Source of the DNA: Octopus vulgaris
Taxonomy: Eukaryota
DNA: 64,000 nt
Direction: 5' to 3'
NCBI GenBank assembly: GCA_951406725.2
Contig: OX597835.1
Location: 15,066,001-15,130,000, forward strand
This document shows positions 41,401 to 55,890 of the stretch, piece after piece. The translations under genes were made by a program, and so were the position numbers. The notes beneath the pieces were generated by a model. It saw nothing but the letters and a program-made list of their open reading frames with translations. It ran no database searches and was not told the DNA's origin. Positions within the stretch are counted from its first letter, which is position 1. Each line of letters opens with the position of its first letter.

Positions 41401-41895
41401 AGCATTTTTATTTTCATCATCATCATCATCGCTGTTGTTGTTGTTGCTTCTGTTTTTGCTTATGCCTGTACCATTGTAACCGTAATAGTAGCGTGAAATT
41501 GTCTCAGCACACAGACACAGCCATAACAATAGTATGGCGGATTTTAAAATTCGCAACTTTCGGTTTTTTTTTTGGGTTTTTTTTTGTTCTCATGCTAGTT
41601 ACCCCTAAGGAAATAAAACTAAACTAGACATTTCCAAAACACACTATATATTCTGTGTTGTTTATTATTTCGGGAAAACAAACTGTCGATATTACAGAGA
41701 AAATGGAAAATTCGAGCAAATTGGCTGCAGATTTAACTGTATGGTTAAATGCTTCGTTTCACAAACTTGTGGTTCCAAGTTCGTTCCTACATCGCACCAT
41801 CTTACGTAAGTTGTGTTTCAACTTTAACCTGGTGTCACGAAATTTATTGAGTGAAATCTGATAGATGGGGCGAACCGGTGCGGAACCCCGACGTA

Positions 41896-41944
<49 letters not shown>

Positions 41945-42164
41945 CTCTCTTAATGTGTGTGTGTGTGTAAATTGAAGAATTGTTATTTCGAATGAAAAAC
42001 AACGGTTAATGCTTAGAAATGCAGATCCATGTATATCCAAATTCCAATCAAGTGTGGAACATAATTTGTCCTCGAGAAACCAAACTTCCTGCTCTATTTT
42101 GCTTTCATATAAATATGTGTGTGTGTGTGTGTGTGTGTGTGCGTGCCTGTATAATCCAGACACG

Positions 42165-42360
42165 TTTTTTCCTCTGTTTTTCTCCTCCTCCCCTGTTCCC
42201 TTTCCTCATTATTTTCCGTAGAAGAGCTTAGGCTCGAAACGTCAAGGACCACATTCCTTCAGCGTCAAACTAATACATCTGTGTTTGTTGTTTTCTCACA
42301 TGTCTCTGTCTTTTTCCTCTTGTTTCGTTTTTTTTTTTGTTTTTTTTTCAGTACAATTTT
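42165..42360 (+). mobile_element. Penelope-like short element with a degenerate hammerhead (42212-42246)
   Basis: TTT CCGTAGA A GAGC-TTAG-GCTC GAAA CG T C AAG; tail AGCGTCAAACTAATAC shared with 7933, 22182 and 42820 (-). Confidence 0.6.
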
Positions 42361-42368
42361 AAATATAC

Positions 42369-42750
42369 ATGGCTGTGTGGTAAGAAACTTGCTTCCTAAC
42401 CACATGGTTCCGGGTTCAGTCCTACTGCGGGGGCACTTTGAGCAAGTGTCTTCTACTATAACCTCGGGCCAACCAAAGCCATGTGAGTGGATTTGGTAGA
42501 GGTAAACTGAAAGAAGCCCGTCGTATATATGTGTGTGTGTGTGCGTGTCTGTGTTTGTCCCCCACCATCGCTTGACAACCGATGATAGTGTGTTTATGTC
42601 CCCGTAAATTAGCTGTTCGGCAAAAGAGACCGATGGAATAGGTACTAGGCTTATAAAGCATAAGTCCTGCGGTTGATTTCCTTGACTAAAACCCTTTAAG
42701 GCGATGCTCTAGCATGGCCGCAGTCAAACGACTGAAACAAGTAAAAGAAT
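42369..42750 (+). mobile_element. SINE family A
   Basis: Near full-length copy. Confidence 0.88.
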
Positions 42751-42957
42751 ACATATATATAGTTGAAATTTATAAAAAAAATACAAAAGACGAAAACATA
42801 TGAACAACAAGCAAGTATATTAGTTTGACGCCGGGAAATATGGTTGTGATGCATATGCCAAGTGTACCCTTATCAGACGGGTAGTCATGATTGGTATATT
42901 GGGCTTCGTATATTTTACCCCAGTGTCACTTTGATGGCATGCACTGCTGTCTCGCTC

Positions 42958-43020
<63 letters not shown>

Positions 43021-43021
<1 letters not shown>

Positions 43022-43386
43022 GTTTCAAATTTTGAAACAAGGGCAGCCATTTGGCGGGGGGCTAGACGATTATATTGACCCCAGTGAGTAACTGGTACAT
43101 ATTTACTTATTTTTATTGACCCCGAAATGTTGAAAGGCGATGTCGACCCGGCGGAATTTGAATTCAGAGCGTGCAGACGGACGAAATGCCGCTAAGCATT
43201 TCGTCCGGCGTGCTAACGATTCTGCCAGCTAAATAATAATAATAATAATCCATTCTACTAAAGGTACAAGGCCTGAAATTTCGCGAAGAGAGGATTAGTC
43301 GATTACATCGACCCCGTTGTTTCATTGGTACTTAATTTATCGATCCCGAAAAGATGAAAGGCAGAGTCAACCTCGGCGGAATTTGA
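43021..43386 (-). mobile_element. two SINE family C copies in (AAT)n
   Basis: Family C core occurs twice. Confidence 0.8.
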
Positions 43387-44624
43387 ATAATAATAATAAC
43401 AATAATAATTATTATTATAACGTAATATAAGTAAAATGTCAAATGTTTTGGTGCGTGACATTTGGCCCACTCTGCATGTATACATTTTAACGAAGAAGCT
43501 ATCTCATGTAGAAACACTTAGCTCTGAGTACACGGTTTCTTATAGCAGAAACAGCTGTAAGCTAATGAAGGTTATTACATATATCTTTTTTTGTCATTCA
43601 TTAATTATTGTCATTCATTAATTAATGTTACCCTCAGTACTCGCCTAACGCTTTGTTCTGATCGTGCAACACTAGATATTAATACAGCATACTGGTTATT
43701 AGTAATGCTATGCCCGAACGCCATCATAAAATATATGAATTCATCTAAAGATGTATATCTGAATATTTGTGTATGTATGTGTGTGCGTCTGTCTGTTTGT
43801 CTGTCTGTGTGTATGTATGTGTGTGCGTGTGTATGTGTGCACGTGTGTGTACAAGTGTGCGTGTGTGTGTGCATGTGCGTGCGTGTATGTGTGCATGTGC
43901 GTGCATGTGTGTGTGTTTGCATGTGTGTGTGTCTGCGTGTGCATATATGCGTGTATGTGTGTGTGTATGTGTGTGTGCGTGTGCGTGTGTACGTGTGAGT
44001 GTGTGCGTGTCTGTGTGCATCGTGCAACACTAGATATTAATACAGCATGCGTGCACGAGATATATATACATACAGATCAACGTTGAAACACACACACACA
44101 TGCACACACACACGTATAAGCGTGTGTATGTACGTATGTTTGTATGTATGTATGTATGTATGTATATATGTTTGTATGTTGTGTGTGTGTACAGAGACAG
44201 TGAGAGTTGTAGGAAGGCAGGTAGATACAATGAAACCATACATACGTACAGAGCCATACAAACATGTATGCGTGTGTATAACTAGAGAGAACACACACAG
44301 AAAGCACATGCATACACACATCTATATGTATTTATGTGTATATATGCATTCATGCATGTGTGTGCATATATATATATATATATATATAGGTGTGTGTGTA
44401 TGTGTGCGTGCGCGAGTGTGTATGTAGGTATATGCATGTGTGTATATGTGTGTGTACATGTATTTTGTGTAGGTATGTATGGACGGATGTATGTATATGG
44501 AAATATATGTATGCATGTATATATGTATGTATGCATGTATGCGTGCAAGTGTATATGTGTGTATGTATATATGTATGAATGTATGTATTATGAATGTGTG
44601 TATACATCTATGTATGCATGTATG

Positions 44625-44658
<34 letters not shown>

Positions 44659-44988
44659 TGTATGTATGTATGTATGTATGTATGCGTACAGGTATGTATG
44701 TATGCGTGCAGGTATGTATGTATGCGTGCATTTATGTATGTATGTAGGTATGTATGTATGTATATATGTATATATGTATGTATGTATGTATGTATGCATG
44801 TGTGTGTATATATGTATGTATGTATGTATGTATGAATGTATGTATGTATGTATGTATGTATGTATGCATCTATGCATGTATGTATGTATGCATGTATGCG
44901 TGCAGTTATGTATGTATGTATATATGCATGCGTGTGTGTGTATGTATGTATGTATGTATGTATGTATGTATGCATGCATGTGTGTGTA

Positions 44989-45020
<32 letters not shown>

Positions 45021-45180
45021 AGCTCACACTAACACCAGGATAAAGATTCAGAGTCACATTGCCGCACAGACAGAGAGAGACAATCTTAATGAAGAGTAAT
45101 GAGATTTATAGTGGCATCTCTCTCAATAGAGAGAGAAAGAGAGAGAGAGAGAAAGGGAGAGGGAGAGAGAGAGAAAGGGA

Positions 45181-45218
<38 letters not shown>

Positions 45219-45781
45219 GAGAGGGAGAGAGAGAGAGAGGGAGAGGGAGAGAGAGAGAGAGAGAGATGATTAAATCTACATTGACGTTATCATTTCTGAG
45301 AATAATATATCATTATACACACACATACATATCCACGCAGGTGTGGGTGTAGAAAGGTGAGAGCGAGAGAGATTAAATCGGTGGAAACTGTGAATTACAA
45401 TATCTAACGCTAATTACTCTTATAGAAGTCAGATTTTCTCGCATAATTAGAAAATTATTTTATTACCATTTATCATTTATTATTCACTATAGTTTATTGA
45501 AAGCCAACTGCAATGATCCCGTCTCTTTCTCGGAGAGACGACCAGGTGAATATGGCGGAAAGCGGGAAGAAGTTTAGGCATGAGAGAGAAAGAGAGAGAG
45601 AGTACAGGGTGGTGGGGAGAACGATGAGAGGAGGAGAGTACGAGCGCAGAGGAGAGCAATATGACTACAAAAGAGCAGCCAAACACGTAAAATTAACATC
45701 CGTATGATTGTCAAACCAATTCGTCTCCATAGCTTTGTTAAAACTGAGAGATTCATTGTCCATATTCCAATTTACATACAT

Positions 45782-45845
<64 letters not shown>

Positions 45846-46127
45846 ATATATATATGCATATGTATGTATGTGTGTATGTGTGTATTTATATATATAAGAA
45901 CGCTAATTGGGTTTAAAATTTATTACAGGTCTTCTGGGAGAATTGTACTGGTGAAGTTATAGATTACATCACAGCATGCATCCACCATCTTCGGTTGATA
46001 TATATGTGTGCATGTGTGCGTGTGTGTTTGTGTGTGTGTGTGTGTGTGTGTCTGTGTGTGTGTCTGTGTGTGTGCCTGTGTGTGTGTGTGTGTGTCTGTG
46101 TGTGTGTGTGTGTGTGTGTCTGTGTGT

Positions 46128-46177
<50 letters not shown>

Positions 46178-46681
46178 ACGTGACCATTTTTGAATGGTTC
46201 AGACCAAGGTGAAAATCAGCTCAAAAGGACGAAAGACGTAAGGTTAGACGTGGACATGGAACCGGGGTGGGGGCGGGTTATGCTTTTTTTTGTGGGGGAG
46301 GTATTTTGCTTCGTTTTTTTTTTTTGTTTTTTTTAGGCTAGTCAGAATTCAAATCCATTTTTCACTGCTGACTTTCTGATATATCAACAAATTATTTCTT
46401 TGCCGCTACATTTCGTTCAAGTCAAGTAAAAATAGAGAAGTTCAGAAACCATTTAACACACAGACACACACAATCACACACATACATATTTACGCAATAT
46501 ATATATACAAATATACATATACATACATTTACATGCATATATATAAATACACATATAATGTATATATCCATATAATCTTAACTGTTAAAAGTAACCAAAG
46601 ACTCACTTGATGAAAATAATGTATAAAATATATGTATGTACGTGGCATATATACATAAAAACATACATACATATACCCTCA

Positions 46682-46791
<110 letters not shown>

Positions 46792-46837
46792 TCTATATTA
46801 TATATGCATATATTTATTCATTACATATATGCACACA

Positions 46838-46952
<115 letters not shown>

Positions 46953-47559
46953 AAACATTTGTTGCGTCGGAGAAGGTTGGAGTAATACGATCGAAGAACA
47001 TTAGATTGTCTCGCATCAATTAGGTCTCGGGGTCGATTTCACAGCCCTATACATTTGGATCAGTGTCGTTTTATGCAGCCGCGGGTCACCCCATACATTG
47101 AGAGTAACTGGGGAGTAAGAGCAGCCAAGTTGCTGAAGATAAAATGCTGGAAACCAAGTCTTTAGAAAGAACGGGAAAAGCCAGTCCTTTGCGATAGATA
47201 ACCCGAAAGCAAAATCAGAAGACAAACTGGCTTTCCGTTGGTTAGAACGGCGAGGGTCCCAGTTGATCCGATCAATGGAACAGCCTGCGCGTGAAATCAA
47301 TGGAACAGCCTGACCACGTCACAGACACACGTACACTTAACGTAGTTCTCAGGGAGACTCTTCTTTTAAAATGATCTAAGTTAAAACTTTCAAGCAAAAG
47401 TCAGTATTAATTTTTGTTCCAGAGAGCAGATTATTATGACAAACTTATTTTACTAAGTTCTTTGTTTTCCCAAATTAATTGATAAAATGGCAGAAGATTT
47501 CAACAGAAATATGGTAACAAAAGGGTTAAAACTCTTCTTCATTCCTTTGTTTGTAACAT

Positions 47560-47830
47560 TCTGTTCTAGTTCATTGATTCGTAAGTATTTCTAAGTCTGT
47601 TTTCTCCGCTTTGTTTCTTTATCTGACATAATACCAGTGGCTTTTATTGGTTTTCTCTCTCTTCACTGTGACCTCGGTGCATTCTTCTAAACATAATTTT
47701 ATACCAATTCCGTTTCAGAATCAGTTCATTATAACAAAATATCGAGTTTTCCGTCATTTGCTGCAAACAGTCTGACGTCATCCACATAAAACAGATAGCT
47801 CATTCATTGTTCCTCCATAGCAATTTGAAA
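47560..47830 (-). mobile_element. decayed R4/Dong-like RT fragment
   Basis: SYLFYVDDVRLFAANDGKL (cf. HLLYMDDLKLYA). Confidence 0.6.
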
Positions 47831-47979
47831 ATATGTCCAATCTGATTTAGAATATCGACATCGGTACAAAAAGAAGAAAGGAAAAGTATACGGAATATTC
47901 CTCCGTGGAATATTCCTTCTTTAACAGAGATTGTTTCTGGTTTTATAATTGTACAATTTCTTATTTTTCTTCGATATTT

Positions 47980-49480
47980 TACGACCATTTTACTCCCCAA
48001 ATTGTAAGGCAAAGATGGTGGCCAAAATGTTCTCGTTTGTCGTCGTTACGGTCATCGAGATGTGCAAACTTGTGTAATCCCTGCTAGATTTATCCACATC
48101 AATCTCCAGCCCATGCGATGTTAAAGAGTCTAGGAATAGATTTGGTTTGGGTGTGGGAATCGGATCAGTTGTAGTCAGAACAGCCGGTTTCGATCTCGCC
48201 TTAAAAGGTCTGATCACTGCAATGTTCTGGGATAGCTGTTCGCTAATAAAATCAAACGGCCACATCTCGGAATGAATCATTTTATTCTGCACACTCGACC
48301 CGTAAGTTTGGTCCAATACGTTTTAGGATGGCATCACACACGAATCACCTGAACAAGTACCAAGAAGAGCAGCGACGTCGTTCATGGATGACGTCGCCGT
48401 TATGGTGTTGGACAGTTGAGAAGTTGATGCGGCCGTAACAAGAGAACATCTTTTAGTTACTGGACTACACACAAGGCTTTCAACTCGGTACCTAATGGGC
48501 TTTCAACTCGGTACCTAAACACCGGTCAGCGTTAGCTTTTCTCATTGGACTTGAAGGTCAGATTAAAGTGCTCGGTATCTAGCTTGGACTGGACCGCCAA
48601 GTAAAGAAAAAAAATTAGAAATGGTTCCCAGCAGAGTGGTCGTTTATCACTCAGAAATGCACTGGGACGAAGCTGTCCTTAAAAGGTCGGTGAAAAGCAC
48701 CTAACACCTACATTGCCCCGGTGATTCACTACCCTCTAACTGATGTGTCTTCTCTAGACCAGACTAGAATATACCCTTTCCCTTCTTCTCCAAGGTTTTG
48801 TTTGTCACAAGATCCGTCGCCTTCAAACATCCTCCACTCTTTACTCTTTTTTACTCTTTACTCTTTTTTACTCTTTACTCTTTTACTTGTTTCAGTCATT
48901 TGACTGCGGCCATGCTGGAGCACCGCCTTTAGTTGAGCAAATCGACCCCGGAACTTATTCTTTGTAAGCCCAATACTTATTTTATTGGTCTCTTTTGCCG
49001 AACCGCTAAGTAACGGGACGTAAACACACCAGCATCGGTTGTCAAGCAATGCTAGGGGGACAAACACAGACACACAAATATATACACACACACTTATATA
49101 TATATACATATATACGACAGGCTTCTTTCAGTTTCCGTCTACCAAATCCACTCACAAGGCATTGGTCCGCCCGGGGCTATAGCAGAAGACACTTGCCCAA
49201 GATGCCACGCAGTGGGACTGAACCCGGAACCATGTGGTTGGTTAGCAAGCTACTTACCACACAGCCATTCCTGCGCCGAGGTCTCTGGATACCGATGCTA
49301 ATCGTCTTCCCACAGCCCTCGACCAGACACCCAACACAGTCGATGGAGCTTTCGCTTTAGTATTCTATACATGGTTGGTGATGGAGAAGAGGATGAAGTT
49401 CAGCGGAAAACTCTGCGCGTCGAGTCTTAACTGACTTCAGATGATTTCTAGAATCCCCTGGCTTGGCAGTGCCACCGGGA
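47980..49480 (+). mobile_element. decayed L1/Tx1-like RT, interrupted by a SINE A
   Basis: NCKAKMVAK, FMDDVAVMV, IKVLGI and GLWIP motifs in RT order. Confidence 0.55.
48838..49276 (-). mobile_element. SINE family A
   Basis: Full copy with a (GAGTAAA)n tail. Confidence 0.92.
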
Positions 49481-49871
49481 AATAATTGGTCAGTATTGGT
49501 TCGAGAAATGTCTACAAGGACGATGATGCCACCAGTTGGAACTGTCTGAAATCTTCGCAGAGTAGCGAAACCGTTCTGATTGCACTTGTTCAATATCCAA
49601 GCATCGCTGATTTGGGAAAGAAATTTGAATACGATGATTACTAAATGAATTTTATGCACTTTATATATTTTATGCAAAATTTTATTGACTTAGTACGTTT
49701 AAATATTTGTTGTGCAAGATTTTTTATGTGAAGTCGTGTGTTGAAACAGATATTGTTATATTTCGGAATGGTCATATTGCCAGTTTAGCCAATAAAAACA
49801 CACGCACTATATATTTGGTGTTACTTTGCTTCAGTGATATTTATTTTTTACATTAATCTTAATCTTATTTC

Positions 49872-49916
49872 GGCCAGAGTTCTTTCGTCACACTTCTGTG
49901 ACCGCATCAGTGGTCC
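49872..49916 (-). ncRNA. type I hammerhead variant in a Penelope-like element (about 49700-50040)
   Basis: GACCA CTGATGC G GTCAC-AGAAGT-GTGAC GAAA GAAC TC TGGCC. Confidence 0.6.
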
Positions 49917-50518
49917 TTTGTTTTCTTCTTTCATATTTGTGTCTCTCCTTACTAACCGTCAGCCATTTTGTATTTCTATTGTATGTCTTTATTTGCGCAT
50001 GCTTATATCTCTATGTGCGTCTATGTTTATTTAGCGTGTGTGTGGGGGGGATGCCTGTAATATTGACTTAATACACAGCAATCATAAAATAACTAATTCA
50101 CTCTTATTTTATCATTTTTCTCATAAACAAACAAAAAAAATATCCCATACATATGATACAACCTTTAGTTAAATTGCATATATTTGCCTCGTAAATAAGC
50201 GTGAATATTTCTCGGAATTGTACTTATGCGCATGCGTTAAGAAATAGGTGATATATATAAAAAAAAACTTAGTTCAATTATAAGAAAAATACACTTTTCA
50301 TTATCCATGCACCACCGTCACCTCCATCACCACTACCTCCGCCATCATCATCTCTCTCCCCTCTTCACTCCCTCCTTCTTTCTCCCTTTTTTTCTGTCTA
50401 TTTGCTTTATCCTCTTTTTCTCCCTTTTCCTTCTCTCTTTGCCTTCAACTAATCACGTGAAAGCGTTACCGACTGGCTAAGTAGCGCAATGACAAGCAGA
50501 ATTATTACAAGATTATCT

Positions 50519-50529
50519 GCAGCAGCAGC

Positions 50530-50561
<32 letters not shown>

Positions 50562-50583
50562 CAGCAGCAGCAGCAGCAGTAGC

Positions 50584-50618
<35 letters not shown>

Positions 50619-50656
50619 GTAGTGGTGGTGGTGGTGGTGGTGGTGGTGGTGGTAGC

Positions 50657-50698
<42 letters not shown>

Positions 50699-50705
50699 GG
50701 TGGTG

Positions 50706-50741
<36 letters not shown>

Positions 50742-50864
50742 ATGGTGGTGGTGGTGGTGGTGGTGGTAGTAGTAGTAGTAGTGGTGATGGTGGTGGTGGT
50801 AGTAGTGGTGGTGGTGGTGGTGGTGGTAGTAGTGGTGGTGGTGGTGGTGGTGGTAGTGGTGGTG

Positions 50865-50944
<80 letters not shown>

Positions 50945-50970
50945 TGTTGTTGTTGTTGCCGTTGTTGTTT
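50519..50970. repeat. (GTA)n/(GGT)n compound trinucleotide repeat
   Basis: Read directly from the sequence. Confidence 0.95.
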
Positions 50971-51648
50971 TAATGATGCAACCAATTGACGAACCGAAGT
51001 GTCGACAACGTCATTTCAGTTTTCAATTGTGCTCGGCAGAATTACGTATCGCATTTCTCCTCCACTGCTTCCATCCTATTTCCTACATATTTATTCCCCC
51101 AACCACCAGCCTCACCCACCACCTTCTTTGACAACTATCCACCCCCACCACCACCACCACCTCCCTGCCTTCCCAAACATTTCCTACTATCATCATTATC
51201 TGCTTCCCCCCCCCCCTCCATCTCTTCCGTCGAAATTATCATTGCTGATATCATTGTGTTGTTCTAGCCAGGCGCGTTACCCAAGCTAAGAATGGCGATA
51301 ACTTATTCCTTTGTCTCATTCAGCATTGAAAATTTTCATTTTTGGACACCATGTTGATAAATTTCAATAGCAAACAAAACAGACAATGGTTTCTGATGCC
51401 TCACATATCAAATTTATGTGTCAACAAACGTATAAATACATTTTTAAAATCACGAACATAATTCTAAACTATTTATTTGTCTGTTACAAAGAATCGAAAA
51501 ATAGAATGACACCCTTTCTTTTTAGGAATGACAACGATGTTAACCAGTTTTCTGCACTGTTCAAGAATGAATTCAATCTCTTTGAAATTTGTCCTCTTTG
51601 AAATTAGCTGCATTTTGCTCGTTTTATATTTTAAAAAATTACTAACAT

Positions 51649-52046
51649 AGGCGCAGGAGTGGCTGTGTGGTAAGTAGCTTGCTAACCAACCACATGGTTC
51701 CGGGTTCAGTCCCACTGCGTGGCATCTTGGGCAAGTGTCTTCTGCTATAGCCCCGGGCGGACCAATGCCTTGTGAGTGGATTTGGTAGACGGAAACTGAA
51801 AGAAGCCTGTCGTATATATGTATTTATATATATGTGTGTGTGTGTTTGTGTGTCTGTGTTTGTCCCCCTAGCATTGCTTGACAACCGATGCTGGTGTGTT
51901 TACGTCCCCGTCACTTAGCAGTTCGGCAAAAAGAGACCGATAGAATAAGTACTGGGCTTACAAAAGAATAAGTCCCGGGGTCAATTTGCTCGACTAAAGG
52001 CGGTGCTCCAGCATGGCCGCAGTCAAATGACTGAAACAAGTAAGAG
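51649..52046 (+). mobile_element. SINE family A
   Basis: Full-length, young-looking copy. Confidence 0.93.
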
Positions 52047-52169
52047 AGAAAGAGAGAGAACAAATGATTAAAAAAAACAAAAGCTTCTGGAATTTATGGT
52101 ATTAAAATAAAAGGCGCGTGGCTGAGCGGTTTGGGTAAAATGGCGTACGATCGTCGAGTCGTGAGTACG

Positions 52170-52636
52170 TGCGCAATGGCCCAGTGGTTAGGGCAGCGGA
52201 CTCGCGGTCGTAGGATCGCGGTTTCGATTCCCAGACCGGGCGTTGTGAGTGTTTATTGAGCGAAAACACCTAAAGCTCCACGAGGCTCCGGTAGGGGATG
52301 GTGGTGAACCCTGCTGTACTCTCTCACCACAACTTTCTCTCACTCTTTCTTCCTGTTTCTGTTGTACCAGTATTTCAAAGGGCCGGCCTTGTCACTCTCT
52401 GTGTCACGCTGAATATCATAGGATCGCGGTTTCGATTCCCAGACCGGGCGTTGTGAGTCTTTATTGAGCGAAAACACTCTCTGTGTCACGCTGAATATCC
52501 CCGAGAACTACGTTAAGGGTACACGTGTCTTTGGAGTGCTCAGCCACTTACACGTTAATTTCACGAGCAGGCTGTTCCGTTGATCGGATCAACCGGAACC
52601 CTCGTCGTCGTAACCGACGGAGTGCTTCCATATCCA
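52170..52636 (+). mobile_element. SINE family B with a partial internal duplication
   Basis: Junction GAATATC|ATAGGATCGCGG at about 52417. Confidence 0.9.
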
Positions 52637-52819
52637 CTCCGCAGTACATTGTGTCCTTGAGCAAGACACTTTATTTCTCGTTGTTCTACTCAACTCAATT
52701 GGCAAAAATATGTAGTACCTATATTTCAAAAGGGGCCAGCTTTGTTATACTCTGTGTCATGCTGAAATCTCCCTGAGAATTACGTTAAGGGGACACGTGT
52801 CTGTGGTGTGCTGGACAAT

Positions 52820-53038
52820 ACTCTTTTACTCTTTTACTTGTTTCACACACATACATATATATATACATATATACGACAGGCTTCTTTCAGTTTCCGTCTA
52901 CCAAATCCACTCACAAGGCTTTGGTCGGCCCGGGGCTATAGCAGAAGACACTTGCCCAAGATGCCACGCAGTGGGACTGAACCCGGAACCATGTGGCTGG
53001 TTAGCAAGCTACTTACCACACAGCCACTCCTGCGCCTA
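52820..53038 (-). mobile_element. SINE family A, internally deleted
   Basis: Head joined directly to tail. Confidence 0.88.
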
Positions 53039-53426
53039 TGTTTTTTTTTTTTTTTTTTTGGGGGTTTGTAAGAAAGGAAATAGACCCGGACAAGAAAAAA
53101 GAACTGGAAAAACAGTACGGGGTGAAAATAAGGGACTAAGTATTTTTTCGAAAGACTATAAGAAGAGGTCACAGGGAAAGGGGACAGGTATGTGATGTTA
53201 TCCGATGGGGCGGGTAACATCACTTTCATCTTTCATCTTCACCCTCTCATTTTTATCATACGTTTTTTTTTGTTTTGTTGTTTTTTTTGCGAGGTGGGAG
53301 CGTTTTATGTCCCCAATGTGTTGTTTGTTTCTTATCTTTGTCAGCCCTTTATGGGTAATAAAACAAATTGCGTGTCTGTGGTTTACTCAGCTACTTGACT
53401 TGCACACTAATTTCATGAGCAAACTG

Positions 53427-53862
53427 GGATCTTTTCGGTTTGAACGGCAGTTTTTTCTAGCGGTGTCATATGAAATTGTCACCCATAATTATGACCCTAG
53501 TATCGATCTATTGAATTTCAATCTGTTTTAGGGTTAGGGTTAGAGTTAGGGTTAGCTAGGGTTAGGGGTGGGGGAAGGGTATCTTTTTTTCTTCAGAAAT
53601 GTAAATAAACCCAATCTGTTTCTTAAACGAGGGACATATTCATACGGCAGAGAATATTTTCACCTCAACAGACGTCATTGATTGGTAGAAATTGCAGAAA
53701 TTGAAGAAAAAAAAACAAATATCTTACAAACTATAGAATTTTCTCAATAAAGCCAAGAAAAAAGATGTTTTATAAACACATTCTACCAGTATACAAAGTT
53801 TAAAAGTGTTTAGTTACGTGAAAATTATTTTTTAAAAACTGCCGGTCAAACCGAAAAGATCC
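53427..53862. mobile_element. Merlin-like MITE with internal (TTAGGG)n-like repeats
   Basis: About 29-bp TIRs GGATCTTTTCGGTTTGAACGGCAGTTTTT / AAAAACTGCCGGTCAAACCGAAAAGATCC; 8-bp TSD GCAAACTG / GCAAGCTG; inserted in an old SINE B tail. Confidence 0.75.
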
Positions 53863-54171
53863 GCAAGCTGTTCCGTAGATCAAATCGACTGGAATACTCG
53901 TCGTCGTAACCGACGGAGTGCCAGTCGTCGTAGCAGTAGAACAACAACAGGCCAAAGAAGATGAGGAATACTACTCAAAGTTATTCTTTCCGGTCTTCAT
54001 ATTATGGCTGTGAGCGCTCCCCTCTGATTTCAAAGATATTATTTTCAGTAAATTTAGTTTTAGAAAAATCAATGATGCCTCTTGTTTGAGCGATAAGAAT
54101 TTAGAAACTGCAAGAGATATGAAATATTTCGTTTTTAACGGTGCAACTCAAAGTAGGTAACGCTTTAAATA

Positions 54172-54561
54172 TTAGTTTCAAATTTTGACACAAAGCCAGC
54201 AATTCCGAAGGAAAGAGTAGGGCGATTAAATCGACCCCCGTATTCAACTGGTACTTATTTTATTGACCCCCGAAACATAACGTCGGCTTTTGTAGAATTT
54301 GAACTCATAACGTAAAGGCGGACGAAATACCTATTTCTTTATTACCCACAAGGGGCTAAACACAGAGGGGACAAACAAGGACAGACATAGGTATTAAGTC
54401 GATTACATCGACCCCAGTGCGTAACTGGTACTTAATTTATCGACCCCGAAAGGATGAAAGGCAAAGTCGACCTCGGCGGAATTTGAACTCAGAACGTAAC
54501 GCAGACGAAATACCGCTGAGCATTTTGCCCAGCGTGCTAACGATTTTGCCAGTTCACCGCC
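54172..54561 (-). mobile_element. SINE family C dimer
   Basis: Same fixed junction at 54332. Confidence 0.88.
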
Positions 54562-55811
54562 CATAAATCTTCAAATATTAGTTTGGAGAATATTAGGTTC
54601 AAAACTACCCTTGGGTGGAAAAAGTCGAAAGCTGCCCGGACGATTCGAGAACACACCTTCTGTGAAAATGAAATACGTTCAACCATTATACCAAAGCAGC
54701 CCATCGAATTTTCCCCATCCGTTTTAAAAGCTTTGTTCTTATTAGTAAGAATTGCATGTTGTTGACATCGTTAGAATTTAAGAACTCGAAGTAGATAAAG
54801 CTATAAATGTATATGTAGCAGGTACGCATACGAATACCCGGCTTGTATAAGTAAAATGTCCAAACTGCCTTAGTAGAATTACCAAAACGCTTCAGTGCTA
54901 TTCCTTAGAACTACAACACCTTACAAGAGAAATAATAACGGTTGTGATTTAATGCCTGTTGTATTTCAGTCGATCAGCGGTAAGAATGATTTTCATTATA
55001 CACCAACTGCATTAGTAACGCAATATGCACTGAAAACATCCTTCGAGCTCTACATAATTACATGCTGTTTGAAAACGCCAAGCAGGAGAGATTTGCATTT
55101 CATTGGAAGGCAATATGCACTAGTGCATGAGACAATCAAAATGAATGCATCAATAGCCACACTAAGATTTATATCAACCGTGTTTCAACTTATTTCGGTT
55201 TGGAACTGAATCGTAGACTGCATAGAAAAGCAAGAACATCTGGCATGATATTTGGCTTCACAAAGAGAAAACAAAGTACACACACACACATACTCACACA
55301 CCACGCATTCCACGTATGCAAACCATCAAATTAACAGACTTCGCCGTTACGTATAAGTTACTACTTGTCATAAAAGGTTAGCAGAAGATATATGACTATA
55401 TTTGCAAAAATATAAGAATATTTTACAACGAGTAACGCTTGTACGAGAAATACGCATGAATCTCGTTTAAAAATCTTTCTGCAATAATAAGAGACTTGAG
55501 ATACCGATTGAGATTTCTAGGGGTTAGCAATCGGGAATAATCGACAAAAATCAATTAGAAAAAAATCTGTACATGTAGGCTATAGATAGTGGTTTGTACT
55601 GAACGTGAATATGGACAAGTGAGAATATACTCGGTAAGGCACAAGGATGGCTTTGGGGTGAGATGATTGCCCCCTAGCCGCACGGGATCGGGTTCAGTCC
55701 CACTGCTTGGAACCTCGCTCAAGTGTCTTCTGCTAAAGTCCCGGACCGACTAAAGCCTTGAGTGCATTCGATAGACGGAAACTGAAAGAAACTAGTCGCA
55801 TACACACACAC

Positions 55812-55890
<79 letters not shown>

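Noticed and set aside
50449-51131. Gly/Ser-rich or Pro-rich ORFs
   Set aside because: Trinucleotide repeats open in several frames, with no splice or domain support.
53527-53570. True telomere or chromosome-fusion scar
   Set aside because: Short, degenerate and enclosed by TIRs and a TSD.
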